From positions 8,618,001 through 8,682,000 of the forward strand of contig JBNRSN020000014.1 of NCBI GenBank assembly GCA_051313645.2: a DNA stretch of 64,000 nt. Direction: 5' to 3'. This stretch comes from Centroscyllium fabricii (taxonomy: Eukaryota). The position numbers and the translations under genes were made by a program. Shown one piece after another: positions 13,086 through 27,492 of the stretch (within the stretch, counting starts at the first letter, position 1; every line of letters begins with the position of its first letter). Below the pieces are notes generated by a model that saw only the letters and a list, made by a program, of their open reading frames with translations, was not told the DNA's origin and ran no database searches.

Positions 13086-14654
13086 ACCTGTTCTGTGAAA
13101 GGACTCCTTTTGGGCGTTGTTGATTCACCATACCTGGTTTCAGATGAAGAATTATGGGAGGAAAGCAGCGCTAGCTTCTCAAACAAAAGTGAAACATTTT
13201 ATTTTTGAACTGATATTGTGAGACATTTTAGGTTCATGATGGTACTTGCGCAGAGTTCCATTCCCTACGGCAATCTGCCCATATTGTTCACCAAATGTAA
13301 AACAGAGGCAACTTGCGCTAAATCAGAATCCTTCAACTATGCACAAAAAGCATCTAGTTATACAGCCACTTCAAGTTCAACTGGGATCAATTTTAACCCC
13401 GAGTGGGTGGGGGCTGGGCACGTGTGGAACGGGATAGGCGGGAAGCTGGCGCATAGCGATTGCTGCCAGGAGAAGATTGGGCGGCCTCAGGTCTATGGCG
13501 GGGAAGTGCTTTCGGGAGGTCCCTGAGGGAAGAGGAGCTTTTCTGGGCAGGGGAGGTTGAGACTTTCCTTGTGGGGCTCGAAGCAGCACTCCCGCTCCTC
13601 CTGGCCTCACTTACCTAGAAGGACCCTCTTCATCCTTCCCACCAGCCGCAGAACTGCTTCAGACTGGCGGGGAAGCTGTGGCAATTTCCCTGCTCAAGCC
13701 ACAGTTAAAATACCATCGGGATCCTATTGATGTTATAGGACCCCAAAAACTAGCCAAATCGGAGATCGGTGGGAACAGAATGAGAAATGGAGCCATTACA
13801 TTTTAAATGCTTGTCCATTGCCCCTCCCCTCCCCGCCTTCTCCCACTATTTCAGTGAACAAAACATGGAGTATCACATCTAAAATGATCATTGTAGATAT
13901 TGAAAAACCTGTTAATTAGCACTTTAACAAATCATGAGCATAAATAATTTAAGGTAGATCCTAAATTAATGCTGCAATATCCCAATTTAAGATAGCGGAT
14001 AGATTGAGGCATTAGTGATGAAAACCTGTAACTATCTGCTCTAACCAGTTAATCTAGTTAACCTCAGTGTGAAAAACAAGTTTCAGTTGCTTGGACACAG
14101 CAAGGGTTAATGGGGCAGAGGAGCCTCTTTTAGAAGAAAACTTTGCATGTAAGAAACATTTAAAATTTGCTTTCTCCCATCATTTTCATGAATTTAATCT
14201 GCCAATTTATACAACTCATCTTTTGAAGATGTTGAGCTCTTGTTGTATCTGGTTCCACAGGCACCGTGCCCGAGTGTCCACTCCTCATCTGTGACAGTGA
14301 GTGGCAGCAAAGGCATAACATTGTGGGGGGAAGACTTGAGACTAAAAGAATCTCCCTGTGATGAGTGTTGTCCCTTTCAAAAAACCAAAAAGGGTCATTC
14401 TTCATTTGGCATCTAAATAAAATTAGAGGATATTTTACAATGATTAATGTTGGTTGCCATTCCTGAACGCCTTCAGAAGACTTTATTTAGATCAGTGTTG
14501 AGGGCTCTTCACCTGCCATCTAACCTACAAAAGCACAGAGTAAAGGAGCTGAATGGTGTACAAGACCAGAATGTCATTGGATCAGCCCCGGGGTGGTTAT
14601 TCTCCATGGTGCTAGCTTTGCAAACCAAACCAATATGAACTGTTTTCAAGGATC

Positions 14655-15165
14655 TCTTCATCTTCGACCTCTTACACTGTTCCAACGAAGCTCAACGTAA
14701 ACTCGAGGAACAGCCCCTCATCTTTCTATCAGACACTTGTCAGCTTTCTGGCCTCAACATCGAGTTCAACAATTTCAGACTATAAATTGGCCCCTGTATT
14801 TCTTTATGTATTTCTTTCCTCTTATTTCCTCACATGGTAGCTGTTAATATTGCTGCCATCATCATTCACACATCATCTAGAACTATCTTTTGTTTGTTAA
14901 CCTCTCCTTTTGTCTCGCACTATCATCCCTTTTGTCAGTCAATCTCTCCTTCCTTCCATCCGATCACAGACCTTCCCTTTGTTTTTTCCTCCCCTCCCCC
15001 CTGCCCCTGTTTAAACATCTCTCCTCCCTAGCCTTTTCCAGTTCTGACGAAGGGTTTGACTCGAAACGTTGACTCTGTTTCTGCTGCCTGACCTGCTGAG
15101 TGTTTCCAGCACTTTCTGTTGTTGTTTCAGATTTCCAGCATCCGCAGTATTTTGCGATTGTATCT
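14655..15165 (+). mobile_element. Penelope-like element 3' fragment: GIY-YIG C-terminus and pseudo-LTR with a hammerhead core
   Basis: LHCSNEAQRKLEEQ-like coding remnant; CTGACGA...GAAACGTT. Confidence 0.75.
15040..15074 (+). ncRNA. Minimal type I hammerhead ribozyme motif (Penelope-associated)
   Basis: AGTT-CTGACGA-a-GGGT/ACTC-GAAACGTT-GACT: core boxes with stem I and stem II pairing. Confidence 0.6.
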
Positions 15166-15905
15166 TCAAGGACATGGTTTGGAGCAAATCTTTAGAACTA
15201 TTAAAGTAAAAGTGGCGACAGACTCCACGATCACTGCCACAGAGCATACCTATGCTTAGATTGGCCCCTTAAAAACTCTGAGGATGACAAAACTTCCCTC
15301 GACATGAGGAAGGTAAGGATTGATCTGACTGAGGTGTTTAATGGTGTATTTACATAACGGTACAGTTTTTTAGTACACCAATATTACAATTATAATTTAA
15401 ATTCAGCCTAAATCCAGAATCAGGGCATGACTCCAGATTTGCACTACACAAGGTCAGTGTTGGTGCAAAGTGTCACACAGATGTTAAACTAATGAATTGA
15501 ATTTACAAGGTAGATAGGGATTGACTCTCCCTTCCAGAACAAGGAAGCCTCATCTTAAAATTAAAACAAAGTTAGTCAAAGGTGAGCCCAAGAAAAAATG
15601 TCGTCACATGAATGATTGTGAGAATGTAGAAAGCCTCAGTAGGGACTGAGGCAGAATCAATTGAGCTGTTTAAGAGGGAGACAGATAACTACTCAGAGAA
15701 TGAGTTATTAAGGAATATGGAGAAAGAGCAGGGAATTTGACTGAAAAATGAAAGATGTGCCATGGCCAACTAAAATGACTCAGCAGGTTTGGTAGGCCAA
15801 GTGCCATACTCCTGTTCACAGGATACTAGAGTAATTATTGTTGCCATAACAATGAGCACCTGAGATTCAATTGTCCTGCAGGGCAGGGCTCCTCCGGTCC
15901 TCTCG

Positions 15906-16198
15906 CGAACCAGAGCACACAGATTTAAGGTGATTGGCAAAAGAACCAAAGACGACATGAGGAAAAACTTTTTTACGCAGCGAGTGGTTAGGATCTGGAA
16001 CGCACGGCCTGAAAGGGTGGTGGAGGCAGACTCAATCACGGCTTTCAAAAGGGAGCTGGATAAGTACCTGAAGGAAATAAATTGCAGGGCTATGGGGAAA
16101 GGGCGGGGGAGTGGGACTAGCTGAAGTGTTCTTATAGAGAGCCGGCACGGGCTCGATTGGCCGAATGGCCTCCTGTGCTGTTACCATTCTATGATTCT
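15906..16198 (+). mobile_element. CR1 3' fragment
   Basis: MRKNFFTQRVVRIWN; attctatg tail. Confidence 0.85.
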
Positions 16199-17017
16199 AA
16201 GTGTGGAAGTATTTATTTGGCTATTCATCTGTTTAAATTACTGTATTTTCAGTGAGAACAAACACCATCACTCTCAGTATTGTCACAGAAGTAAGCACTC
16301 TCTGTTCAGGCACATTAGGCACAATGTACATTAGTGTACATTAGGCACAATCCTTAAATTCTTCTACACTACCCCAGAAATCTATCTTCATTTCCAACCT
16401 CAGGGCAACGTTCCTCATATTGCACCAGTGTGGCATTTCCATTGCTCACACCAGCCAGCCCTGCGGTCTCTCGAGTAATTTATGCCAATTTGTGCTGATT
16501 GGTTTGTGCTGGACTGGACTATCATTGGCGACATAATAAAGACAAAAGGAAAGTAGACTTTAATTGCATCTGTATGGGCCGGATTCAAACCCAGAGCCTG
16601 GAATTGAAAGGATAAAGGTCAATTTAACTGTGCAATTCCGTCCGTTTCCATTTCTGTCTGGTCGCTCACTGCCTAGAAACTTTCAATCTCCATAAACTTC
16701 AGCAGGTCCAAAAATCTGCTGCCTGTATCCTATCCTGCACCAACTCCTGCTCGCCCATTATCCCGGTCCTTGCTGACCTGCATTGTGTCCTGGTCCCCTA
16801 ATGCCTCCAATTTAAAATCCTCCTCCATGTGATTAATTCCCTTCATGGCTTCTCTTCCTCCCACCAAGCTGTGTTCCTCTGACTCTCTTGTTCGCCCCCC
16901 TCCCTTTGCCCCACCATTGGTGGCCGTGCCTTCAGCCAGCTAGATCCCAGGCTCTGGAATTTTCTCTGTAAAAGATAAAACTGATCTCAGAGAGGGAGTA
17001 TATGCTACTAAATCCTA

Positions 17018-17620
17018 CAATCATACAGGACAGGAGGAGGCCATTCGGCCCTTTGTCTCTGTGCCGGCACTTTGAAGAGCTCTCCAATTAGTCCCACACT
17101 CCCCCCCTGCTCTTTCCCTATCATTTTGCAAATGTTTCCTTTTCAGGTATTTCTCCAATTCCCTTTTGAAAGTTACTCTTGAATCTGCTTCCACTGCCCG
17201 TTCAGGCAGCGCGTTCCTGATCACAACAACTCGCTGCTTAAAAACACTGTCATCGCCTCCTGGCTTTTTGATAATTACTTTAAATCTGTGTCCTCTGGTT
17301 ACCGAGCCTCCTGCCACTGGAAACAGTTTCTCCTTATTCACTCTATCAAAACTATAATTTTGAACACCTCGATCAAATCTCCCCTTAACCTTCTCTGCTT
17401 TAAGGAGAACAACCCCAACTTCTCCAGTCTTTTCACATAACTGAACTCCCTCATCGTTGGTACCATTCCGGTAAATCTCCTCTGTACCCTCTCCGAGGCC
17501 GTCACGCCCTGTCTATAGTCGGTGCCCAGAATTGGACACAATGCTCCAGTTGAGGACGAACCAGGGATTTATAAAGGTTCAGCATAACTTCCTTGCTGCT
17601 GTACTCGATGCCTCTATTTG
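17018..17620 (-). mobile_element. CR1 3' fragment
   Basis: ERVQRRFT...LGLFSL..RRLRGDLIEVFK remnant. Confidence 0.85.
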
Positions 17621-18407
17621 GCATATTTGTCAATTTCACGCAAACAGAAATGGAGATATGTGGGAAATGGTGTAGTCTGAGGTTAGGACTGAGGTATACT
17701 AATTGAACAGAGGGAGCATTACTCTGACTCTAACTGCACTGTACCTGACCTGGGAGTGCTCGATGCTGACACGGGGTGCAGTTAAGACGGAGTCCAGAGC
17801 CAATCCACTTCACCTTTTTTTTAAATTCAGTTACGGGATGTGGGCGTCGCTGGCAAGGCCAGCATTTATTGCCCATCCCCTAAGTGCCCTCGAGAAGGTG
17901 GTGGTGAGCCGCCTTCTTGAACCGCTGCAGTCCGTGTGGTGAAGGTGCTCCCTTAATGACCTTAAGATGTCACCAAAAATACAAAGAATGAATTTCACCG
18001 CTATTTACTTCCTTTGATGGTCTTGGCGTTGCCAATCAATTGTTTCTTTAAATATTTATTTCAGATGCAGTAAATGATTAAAATAATCTCGAAATGATTG
18101 TAAAATTCTGATTGGGAGTCCAGCCCTCTGCTGCCAGAATGATCAGGCCCCATGCAGCCCTCTGCTGACAGATTAGTCAGGCTGCACTCCAAAACATTTT
18201 CAAAATGCGATTATGTGCACAAATGTTGGTGTGATCAGAACTACACAACAGGAACAGATGGAGTTGCTCCAGGAAGGCTTCAGGATTCGCAACGTCAGCG
18301 AGTCAGAAACAACCTGTCTCCTTTATTATCACAGCAGAGATGAGGCCAGTGTTTATTAATTGCTGCATTTAAGATGTTTCATGTGAATATTTCTAATGTA
18401 CACTTAC

Positions 18408-18491
18408 CCAAAATTCTGTCACTAATATATCAGTGACACTGCCCAGGACTGTGACAAAATCAAATACATTCCAAGCATCCTGAAAATAGTT
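18408..18491 (-). CDS. CACNA1A: Cav2.1 exon (e31 equivalent, IVS3): [28 protein letters not shown]
   Basis: 84 nt, cag/gtaagt; translated by hand. Confidence 0.94.
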
Positions 18492-19175
18492 CTGTGGAGT
18501 AAAAAGCAACAACATTAGGATTGCTGAATTTCTAAGTGATTTTCTCCCTTGTTCCCAGAATGTGCTGGCTCATGTCGAGCCATGGACCCCACTGGTACAC
18601 CAGTGTCTCCCCACAGTATTTCTTCTTTACGAGTCAGCTCAGACATCGAATGTTGGAAGACCATTGGGACTATAAGGCAGCACAGCCCAGCCTGAGTCTG
18701 TCCTCAGACTGATGTCCACTGGCACACTTTCCAGCACGAGGCACTGGATACTGATCAGGAGCGAGAATCTGGGGTGGTTTTTTTCACCCCCTCTCCAGAG
18801 TTGCTGCAGCCAAAATGCAGCACGTCAAGCGGCGTCAGGTCAACGAATTCACCGGGTCACGGAAGGAATGCTGCAACTGGCTTCAACGTCCCTTGGCTAG
18901 GAAAGGGAAAAATCAGTCAGCTTTCCGTTCTTGCTCACGATCCGGTGATGCTGGCAGGAAGGTGCATGCATGTCGATGTTGGCCGAGGACAGGATGGCAC
19001 CCAGATGCCAAATGGTCCAACCAACACTTGTGCCCACTCACCCATGAAGACCAGCCACTTAGGTGAGGCGGCCAAGGGTCGCCAGGACCTGTGGAACAGT
19101 ACCCTACAAGAATCAGTGCTTTCAGGAGGGGAGGGGAGAAAACAAATGGATATAAAACTCGTGTCATATACTCAC

Positions 19176-19286
19176 CAGAATTCCAAAGGCAATAATTTTC
19201 AGGATACATTCGCATGAGAACAAAATGGTGAACACCATATTGAGATACTTTAGAACATCATCATAGGACTGTGGCTGACCAGAAAA
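19176..19286 (-). CDS. CACNA1A: Cav2.1 exon (e30 equivalent, IVS2): FSGQPQSYDDVLKYLNMVFTILFSCECILKIIAFGIL
   Basis: 111 nt, tag/gtgagt; translated by hand. Confidence 0.93.
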
Positions 19287-20514
19287 CTAAAACAAGAAAA
19301 AGAAATTGTGGTTATTAATACCATATTTCTACTAACATGGACAATGGAGGCAGGGGAGAAAGATCATTGAAGCCTGTTAATTGCGACACTCTAGTATAAG
19401 TGAAGTTATTCCATTTGTCAGAATATCATTGGAGAATCATACCCACTGATTTAAACATAGAACCATGGACGTTTACAGCACAGAAGGAGGCCATTCAGCC
19501 TATTGTGTCGGAGCTGGCTCTCCTCCAGAATAATCTAAAACTAATCCCAGTGCCCCATGCTTTCCCCAAAGCCCTGTATTTTCCTCTGCTTCAAATATCT
19601 ATCCACTTTTCCCTTAAGAATGTGATGAGTGAGGAGAACATTAAAAACCTGCAAAAGGACATAGATAGGCTAAATGAGTGGGCAGAGATTTGGCAGATGG
19701 AGTATAATACTGAAAAGTGTGAAGTTATGCACTTTGGCAGGAAAAATAATAGAGCGAGTTATTATCTAAATGGAAAGAAACTGGAAAGTACTTCAGTGCA
19801 AAGGGATCTGGTGGTCCTGGTGCAGGTGGTGGTGGGAAAGATTCGGGGCGGAAAAACAGGCCTGCGGAAAATTGCAAATCAGTGGGGATCCAGCGGAGGG
19901 AGTTCGGCGGGGGTGGGGTGGTCGCGAACTCCCGGTTTCGCGATTTTAGGCCTTGCCCCGCCGGAAACCCGCCCTCACAGACCCGGGAAAATCCCCCCCC
20001 CCGCCCCGCCCCCCGATTCTATAAGAGTTACAGCTTTTCTGCTTCAATGCCAAACAGGTGAAGACAAGTCCATCAAGAAATATATGAACAGGTGTCATTA
20101 TAAAGTGGACTGGGGTTATGTTAAACCTAAGTTGGGCTCCCAGACCGTTGCAAGTTCCAATTACAACCTTGCCTGAGATTAACTGGTCTTTTTACCTCTC
20201 TGAGGAGATTGTATGACTAAATGGGGAGGGTTTATGGTGTGCATGGCTGCACCATATTTGAATAGGCCAGGCTGGATAGACCAGATTGTCCTCTTTGTGC
20301 ACTTCCAGGAAAATATTGGCTAAACTACCGGCTGGGAACCTTTTCTGGCACAAGATTATGGGAGAGCAGGGAGGAAAAATTGACGGGATCAATGACAAAC
20401 CCCACAGACGCGGTATTCCTTTGGCACTGACAGGCACCAGGAGATGTGCGGTCGCAGGAGGCAATGGTGCCAGAACACAAATGGCAAAAAGCTGAAGCGA
20501 GGAACAGAAGATCA

Positions 20515-20727
<213 letters not shown>

Positions 20728-21790
20728 TCAATTCAGCAGGAACAGTACAAATTCAGAACATTATATACTTATACAGAGGTTTATCTTCCCTCTGTTTGTA
20801 CGGGGAAGTCCTGGGCCATTATTCTGATCAACAAAAAGACAAGCTGAGAATTTGCCATTTTCACACACCAGCCACCTCTGTACTCGCTGTGAATAAGTCT
20901 AGCAATTTAGTGCCATTTGTACTTTTCGTCTAGAACTACCAAGATCTGGATTGAGACCGACCCAAATTTATTGCATTTAGGAATCATACAACTGGCATCA
21001 TTTTATCCCTTCACCTGAACTGGATTCAGTCCGTATTCTTAAGGCGAAAGGGATCGAGGGATATGGGGAGAGGGCAGGGGCGGGGTGCTGGGTTTGGATG
21101 ATCAGCCATGATCTCATTGAATGGTGGAGCAGGCTCGAGGCGCCGAATGGCCGACTCCTGCTCCTATCTTCTATGTTTCTATGTAGTGTCACCCAGTTTC
21201 CACACAGAGACAGCATCAGATCCAGCACCTGCCCCACCCCCCCACCCCCAATAACTAGGAAACAGGGCACGCCACTCTGTAATGGCATAAAATTGACTTT
21301 AAAAAGGAAATGTGCTATTTTACATAAATGATAAATATAGCTAAGTAAGTTAAGGTACAGTACTAACCAAATCTTGGCCTTTGCATAATGTTTTGACACT
21401 ATTTAAGCTTTGCTCTTTGTGGTTTAGAACATTATCGGAACCTTCTGATTGGATCACCAGCTGATAATTCACTTATCAATGTTCACTCTCTCTGTGAACC
21501 ATCCATGCTGTCCATCTCTACAGAAACAGCTGGATGCTGTGATGGGAAGACTGTCGGGTCTTTCTGGGAGGATGAGTTATAATGGGCCAAATGGTCTTCC
21601 TCATCCGCACTGATCTTGTGAAAAAGCTTTTAAAAACAGGCTTCAGATGCAGCTATATTTTGTCTTAACTTCATGCTGGTATTCCAAGCATCTTGGTGAG
21701 AAGTATAAAGAGGAATAGTCAAAGGTGGTAGGAAAGTGTCAGTCCATAGAGAGGTTGCCTACTGGCCCACAGACGCTTGGGAAAGACAAC

Positions 21791-22540
21791 GGCCCAGAAA
21801 TTCGAGTCTCAACGTGTGAGTACGGATGGAGTATTCATCTGTAGGCCCAGCTAAAGTGCCGGTTTCATGCATGCACTGTGCATGCGCGGGAAGCCTGCAC
21901 TTCCGTTCCCATGAACGAAGGGGTTAAGAGGTGGAACGTGTGCGCGGGAGCGGCAGCGTGTGCGCATTGCACTTATGGTTTTTTACAGGTTTTCCCGTGC
22001 GGGTACGTCTGCAGATTTTACACATGAAAAAAGCGGGTGTAAGGCCTGCTTTTAACAAGGTAAGTGGTGAATTAATTCAAATTAAAACATTTTTTCCACA
22101 GGTTTATTATTTTTAAATACTTTAAAGAAAGGTAAGTTTATTTTTAGCCCCTTTAGAAAATGTAATTAATTATTTCAAAAGTTTTAATTATTGTTTAAAA
22201 TAGTTATTTCATGTAATTTATAGTTATTTTAAAAATGTGATTTAAAAAAATTTATTTGAAGTTTCAGTGATGTTTTGGGGCTTGTAGTTTTCATAGTTTT
22301 GACAGCTCGTCCTGTCAAACTTATGAATGGAGCATTCCCTGCTCCGATTGGCTCTCCGTGGCCCACGTGATCCATCGCACTAACTGCGCCGCTGGGATAC
22401 GCAAGCACTGCGCGCCGGCAGTTGGAGGAGGCCCAGGATCGTAATTCCACGCGGGCCCACAGCTCAACGGCCGGCGCGCAAGGTAAGTTCAGGTTGGAGG
22501 CTTGCGCCCCCGGGAAACCTCCGACCCGAATTTCTGGGCC
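21791..22540. mobile_element. PIF/Harbinger-type MITE
   Basis: Perfect 14-bp TIR GGCCCAGAAATTCG; 3-bp TSD AAC on both sides. Confidence 0.82.
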
Positions 22541-24200
22541 AACATGAGTACTGGGTGTAACAGAGAGTAGATACAATGCAGCATCAGTGAGGGGCTTTCG
22601 GTCTCTGGGGCAGGGGAGATAAAATCTACCAGGTCCTAGAACCAAGGATATGGGACACCTCAGATCCCAGCACCCAGGAGAGATGAAATCTTACAGGTCC
22701 TCGCAACAGGAGAAATCAACTATATGCAATATACCAGGTACCTGGGAATGATTGATACTGTTGTATTGGGTTCCAAAATCAACTCAGGCCACATATACCT
22801 TTGTAACATACGCCACCACAAACAGCAGTAATCTGATGTTTATACCAATGCTACCCTTATCTGTGTGAGCCACTTCAAGGTGACTACATTGAAGTTTTCA
22901 AGATTATGAAGGGGATGGACAAAGTTGGTCTGTAACCAACTGTTAATTGTGCCGAAGGCTTCAGAGACCAGGCCACGCAAGTTAAAAATGAGGAAATTTG
23001 CTCACACTAACGTCCCTCATCTTGATGAGCAAAAATGAGTCGCCTGAAACAAAGGTTGGACTGTATGATACAGGATTAGGAAGGGAATTCATGGGGCACT
23101 TTTTATCCGGAGGGTAAGAGGGACCTGAAATAAATGACTAGTGAAAGTACTGAAGCAGAAGCGTAAAGGGATTCAAGAGACATTTAGGTGTCTATGGAAA
23201 AGGGATTGGGCAAGAAGGTGGGTTGTGAGGGTTGAGATCTATTAAAAAGGAGCAAGCTGGTTGGGCCTAATGACCAACCCCGATCCTAAACATTTCTGTG
23301 TGCATTATTCACAAGCTTAACTCCCAGAGACCAAAGAACAATACTGACATAAAACAGCAGCCAGCAACTCAACCCGGCTCCAGCAATGAACACAAACACC
23401 ACCTCATGCCCACCATAAAGGACTGCCCGAGATTCCATGCAGGAGAATCATAGAAACATAGAATGTTTACAGCACAGAAGGAGGCCACTAGGCCAGTCGA
23501 GCCCATGCCGGCTCTCTGCAAGAGCAGTTCAGCTAATCCCACTCCCCCGCCCCTTTCCATATAGCTCTGCAATTTTTTTTCCTTCAGGTACTTATCCAAC
23601 TCCCTTTTGAAAGCCACGATTGAATCTACCTCCTCCACCCTCTCAGACAGTGCATTCCAGATACTAGCCACTCACTATGTAAACTTTTTTCCCTCATGTC
23701 GCCTTTGGTTCTTTTGCCAATCACCAGTAATTCAATCCCCGGCTTCATATTATATTGAGAGAATCCCTCAATACAGTTACTGCCTCAAACACAAGGCAGA
23801 GGGTGAAATAAAACCTTTTATCACTTCAGGTGAAATTCCGTAATCCCTCACAGAAGCCTTGAATTATTATGGGCTGGGCCACACTTCAACATATTTTAGC
23901 ATGTCTTGTGGTTATAGGGGGAAGAGAATAAATCTGCACCCATTAAGATGAGGGATGTCAGTGTTGCATCCCAGTGTCAGCACCAAGGACTATCAGGTTA
24001 GATACAGAACATGTTAGATGCAAAGTAAAGATCGTTCCACTGTGCCCCAATACCAACATCAGAAACTGCGCCACTGTGACATTTCCATTTGGGATTCTAG
24101 TGCCGGCAAAATGTTCCACCTTATGTGCTATAACATTTGTAATTCAATACAGGGTACTAGCTATTTCTTGTCCCACATATAATTAATTCCTGACCATTCA

Positions 24201-24497
<297 letters not shown>

Positions 24498-24850
24498 TTA
24501 TTCTTCTTCTGGCACTGTTCATTTATGTAACCCGGTGCTGTACCTGAGGTTAATTGAGGATGTTTTAATGTATTCTTTCTTCAGGGTGATTTGCAATAAC
24601 TGATTTGGATTGGACTTTCCCGGGAGAAGATGTCCTTGTTTTGGGAGGAGTAATGAACCACAGTGAAGGGTGTCAATGCTGGGGATATTTTTTTCCAGAT
24701 TTTGCACGTAATGCTTGCATCAAGTGCTCCAAGGTCACATAGATTAGTTGCAGGGTAAAGCTCCCTGTACACTGTTTCATCAAGCACTCTTTTGTCAGGA
24801 AAAAGAATGCCTTACAACACCATTACCAGTCGCCCCTTTGGCCTTGCTAA

Positions 24851-25604
24851 AGGGGCTGTCACACCTTGACGTTTTAGCCAGCGTATGCAAATTTGGCTAA
24901 AACGCTGGTTTACGTCGGATACGTTATGGGTACGTTTTGTATACGTTAAGAGCACGCTGGCATACGTTGCATACGTCGTTGTACTTCAAGTAAGTCGAGA
25001 TTTTTTGAGCATGCACAAAAAATCTCGACGTATCTAGCGTATGATTCACACGTTCCGCATACGCTGGCCATACGTTGTAGGCACGTTAGGCGATCGTTGA
25101 CACACGTTACTTGTAAGTTAGTCATACGTCAAAATACGTCGAGATAATGTCTAGCGTACCCGGAACTTATGTCTAACCTATGAGTAACGTGCTTTGAACC
25201 TATGTGTAACGTATCTCCAACGCATATTGACGTATTTGACGTCTTCCGGACGACCACAGAACTTATGCCCCTGTCATGCCCTGTCACACCTTGATGATTT
25301 AGCTAGCGTATGCCGACGTATCAAAATTTATCTAAAACGTCGGCGATACGCTGCCGCGCGCTATGCATACGTTAGACTATCGTTGGGCATAAGTTGTGAA
25401 CGCCGACAACACGCTAAGCATTCGTTGGTATAAGTTATCTGTAAGTTATCGATACGTTCTGTGTACGTTACTAATACGTTATGCATACGTCCAACTCGTT
25501 ATGAATACGCTATTATACGCCCAAAACTGAAAAAAAGGTCGAAAGTTCAGCGTTTTAGCCAAATTTGCATACGCTGGCTAAAACGTCAAGGTGTGACAGG
25601 GCCT
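24851..25604. mobile_element. PIF/Harbinger-type MITE, very CpG-rich
   Basis: ~57-bp TIRs with 2 mismatches; TAA TSD at 24848-24850 and 25605-25607. Confidence 0.92.
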
Positions 25605-25968
25605 TAAGAGAGGTTACCGAATTCAATTATGGATGTGTTTCTGGAACCTTCCGAACCTACATCCTGCCATCATACTGTGAGCAGCTTTTTAAAAACATGT
25701 TTAGCACACACTTCCAGCGTCACCACCATTAAGATGGAAGGAAAATCTAGGAGAGCACTTGTAGTTCAAAGTACTTGTCAGAAGCCCGGGAGCCAGCAGG
25801 TAGGCTCGTATTTTTTCCGGGTCGCAGGCGTACTCCAGAGATACACCTCCAACCGCAAATTCCGGCTCACAGTTTCTAGCAAATGCTCAGAAGGTGCTAA
25901 ACAGGAGACTAAAGAATCAAAAAGAAATAAAAGATTGAAATGTAATTGTGTTTAATAACAATACATAC

Positions 25969-26109
25969 TCTGGCCAACCCTCGCCAGTAGATACAGTAAA
26001 GAGAGTCAGTAAAGCCCATAGCACATTATCGTAATGAAACTCGTATCGTTTCCACTCTCGCTTCTGTGCCTTAATATCACTTTCCCTCATGTAGACCAGG
26101 TACTGTCCC
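25969..26109 (-). CDS. CACNA1A: Cav2.1 exon (e27 equivalent, domain III pore loop): [46 protein letters not shown]
   Basis: 141 nt, cag/gtatgt; selectivity filter motif TGEGW; translated by hand, absent from ORF track. Confidence 0.95.
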
Positions 26110-26344
26110 CTGAAACAGACAGAACAAAGAAAAATGAAAGAAAGACTTAGATTTATATATTGCCTTAAAACAGCTCAGAAAAAATTCAAAGTACTTCACA
26201 TACAATAAATTACCCGGTCTGTAGAGAAAACACAATGATCAAAAACTCATGATGTATTACCTGCTGCTCTTGACCCTCAGCACCAGTACGCTCAGGTAGC
26301 AGGAATTCTGTCTTTTTCTTTCATCACTAACCCAGTAAAACAAG

Positions 26345-26580
26345 TAGGTAACTAGCACTTTAATTCTCCGCTCCACTCCCACTCCGACCTCAGCCCCTTA
26401 CACTGTTCCAACAAAACTCAACGGAAGTTCGGGGAGCAGCACCTCATCTTTCGATTAGGCACTTTACAGCCTTCTGGACTCAACATCGGGTTCAACAATT
26501 TCAAACCATAACCTCTGCCGTTATTTTTTCACATGACAGCTATTGATGATTCTGCCATTCCCATTTGCACCTCTTCTAGA
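26345..26580 (+). mobile_element. Penelope-like GIY-YIG fragment
   Basis: Homologous to 14655-14880 (HLIFRLGTLQPSGLNI remnant). Confidence 0.7.
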
Positions 26581-26749
26581 GATTGGGTCCACTGGGCTTA
26601 TGCTCGCTGGAATTTAGATGAGAGGGGATCTCATAGAAACTTATAAAATTCTGAGATGAGAAGGTTGTCCTATGAGGAGAGATTGAGTAGATTGGGCCGA
26701 TAAGCTCTGAAGATTAGAGGAATGAGAGGTGATTTCATTGAAACATTTA

Positions 26750-27492
26750 GGGGGAAAAATTCGGTTGCTTGCACCTCCCGTTAGCGCCCTAAGAGGGGCG
26801 CTAATGGGGCGCAAGCCTGGGCTGGCGCCTCCTGTGATATTCAGTGGGGCGTTGGTGAGGGCAGTAGCCGGTAGCACCCCGCGGCTCTATGCCGCTGGCG
26901 ATGACGTCAGCGAAGTGCGCAGCGCCCTGCTCGAGCCCCGGCCGCGAACATCAGTCGCGCCCACTGCCGTACCGCCGGACACTGCCAACGACAGGGTCAG
27001 GGGGGCGTGTTAGCAGCAGGGGAGTGATAATTAAAGGGAGGGGTGCCGGGCTGCCATTTTTCTTGCTGGCCAACTGCCAGCACCTGCCCCCTCTGCCGTC
27101 CCCGGCCTTCCCCGATGCCCCATCGTGGAGAGCTGGCTGTGCTCCGTCAGCCCAGCACTTCCCTTGAGTGCTGGGCTCCTTCGACGGCACTCTGATCCCC
27201 GGTAGCCCAACGGGGCTCTGGCTGGAACCGTGCTAGGCCACCCCCCTTTAATCAGGGGAGGAAGGCCTGCAGTACCGCGGCGCTCTGCAGAGCGTGGCGC
27301 AGCGACCCACAGGCCCGAAATTGAGTGGTAGCGCCTAAAGAACTAGGTGGGGCGCCTGCAGTAGCACCCGACCTCCTACTTGGGGCGCTAAAACCCAATT
27401 TCCTGAGGAGCGGCGCGAGCGTTAGCCTGCGCTAAAAGTAACGCACCGCCGAGGTTAGCGCCCAAACATAAGCGCCAACGGATTTTTCCCCC
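26750..27492. mobile_element. GC-rich MITE inserted in a CR1 fragment
   Basis: TIR GGGGGAAAAAT(T/C)CG; tta/ata flanks; CR1 gaaacat..aagattctgaggggg continues across it. Confidence 0.82.

Noticed and set aside
19400-20176. 258-aa plus-strand ORF
   Set aside because: Chance read-through across CR1 fragments and a MITE piece
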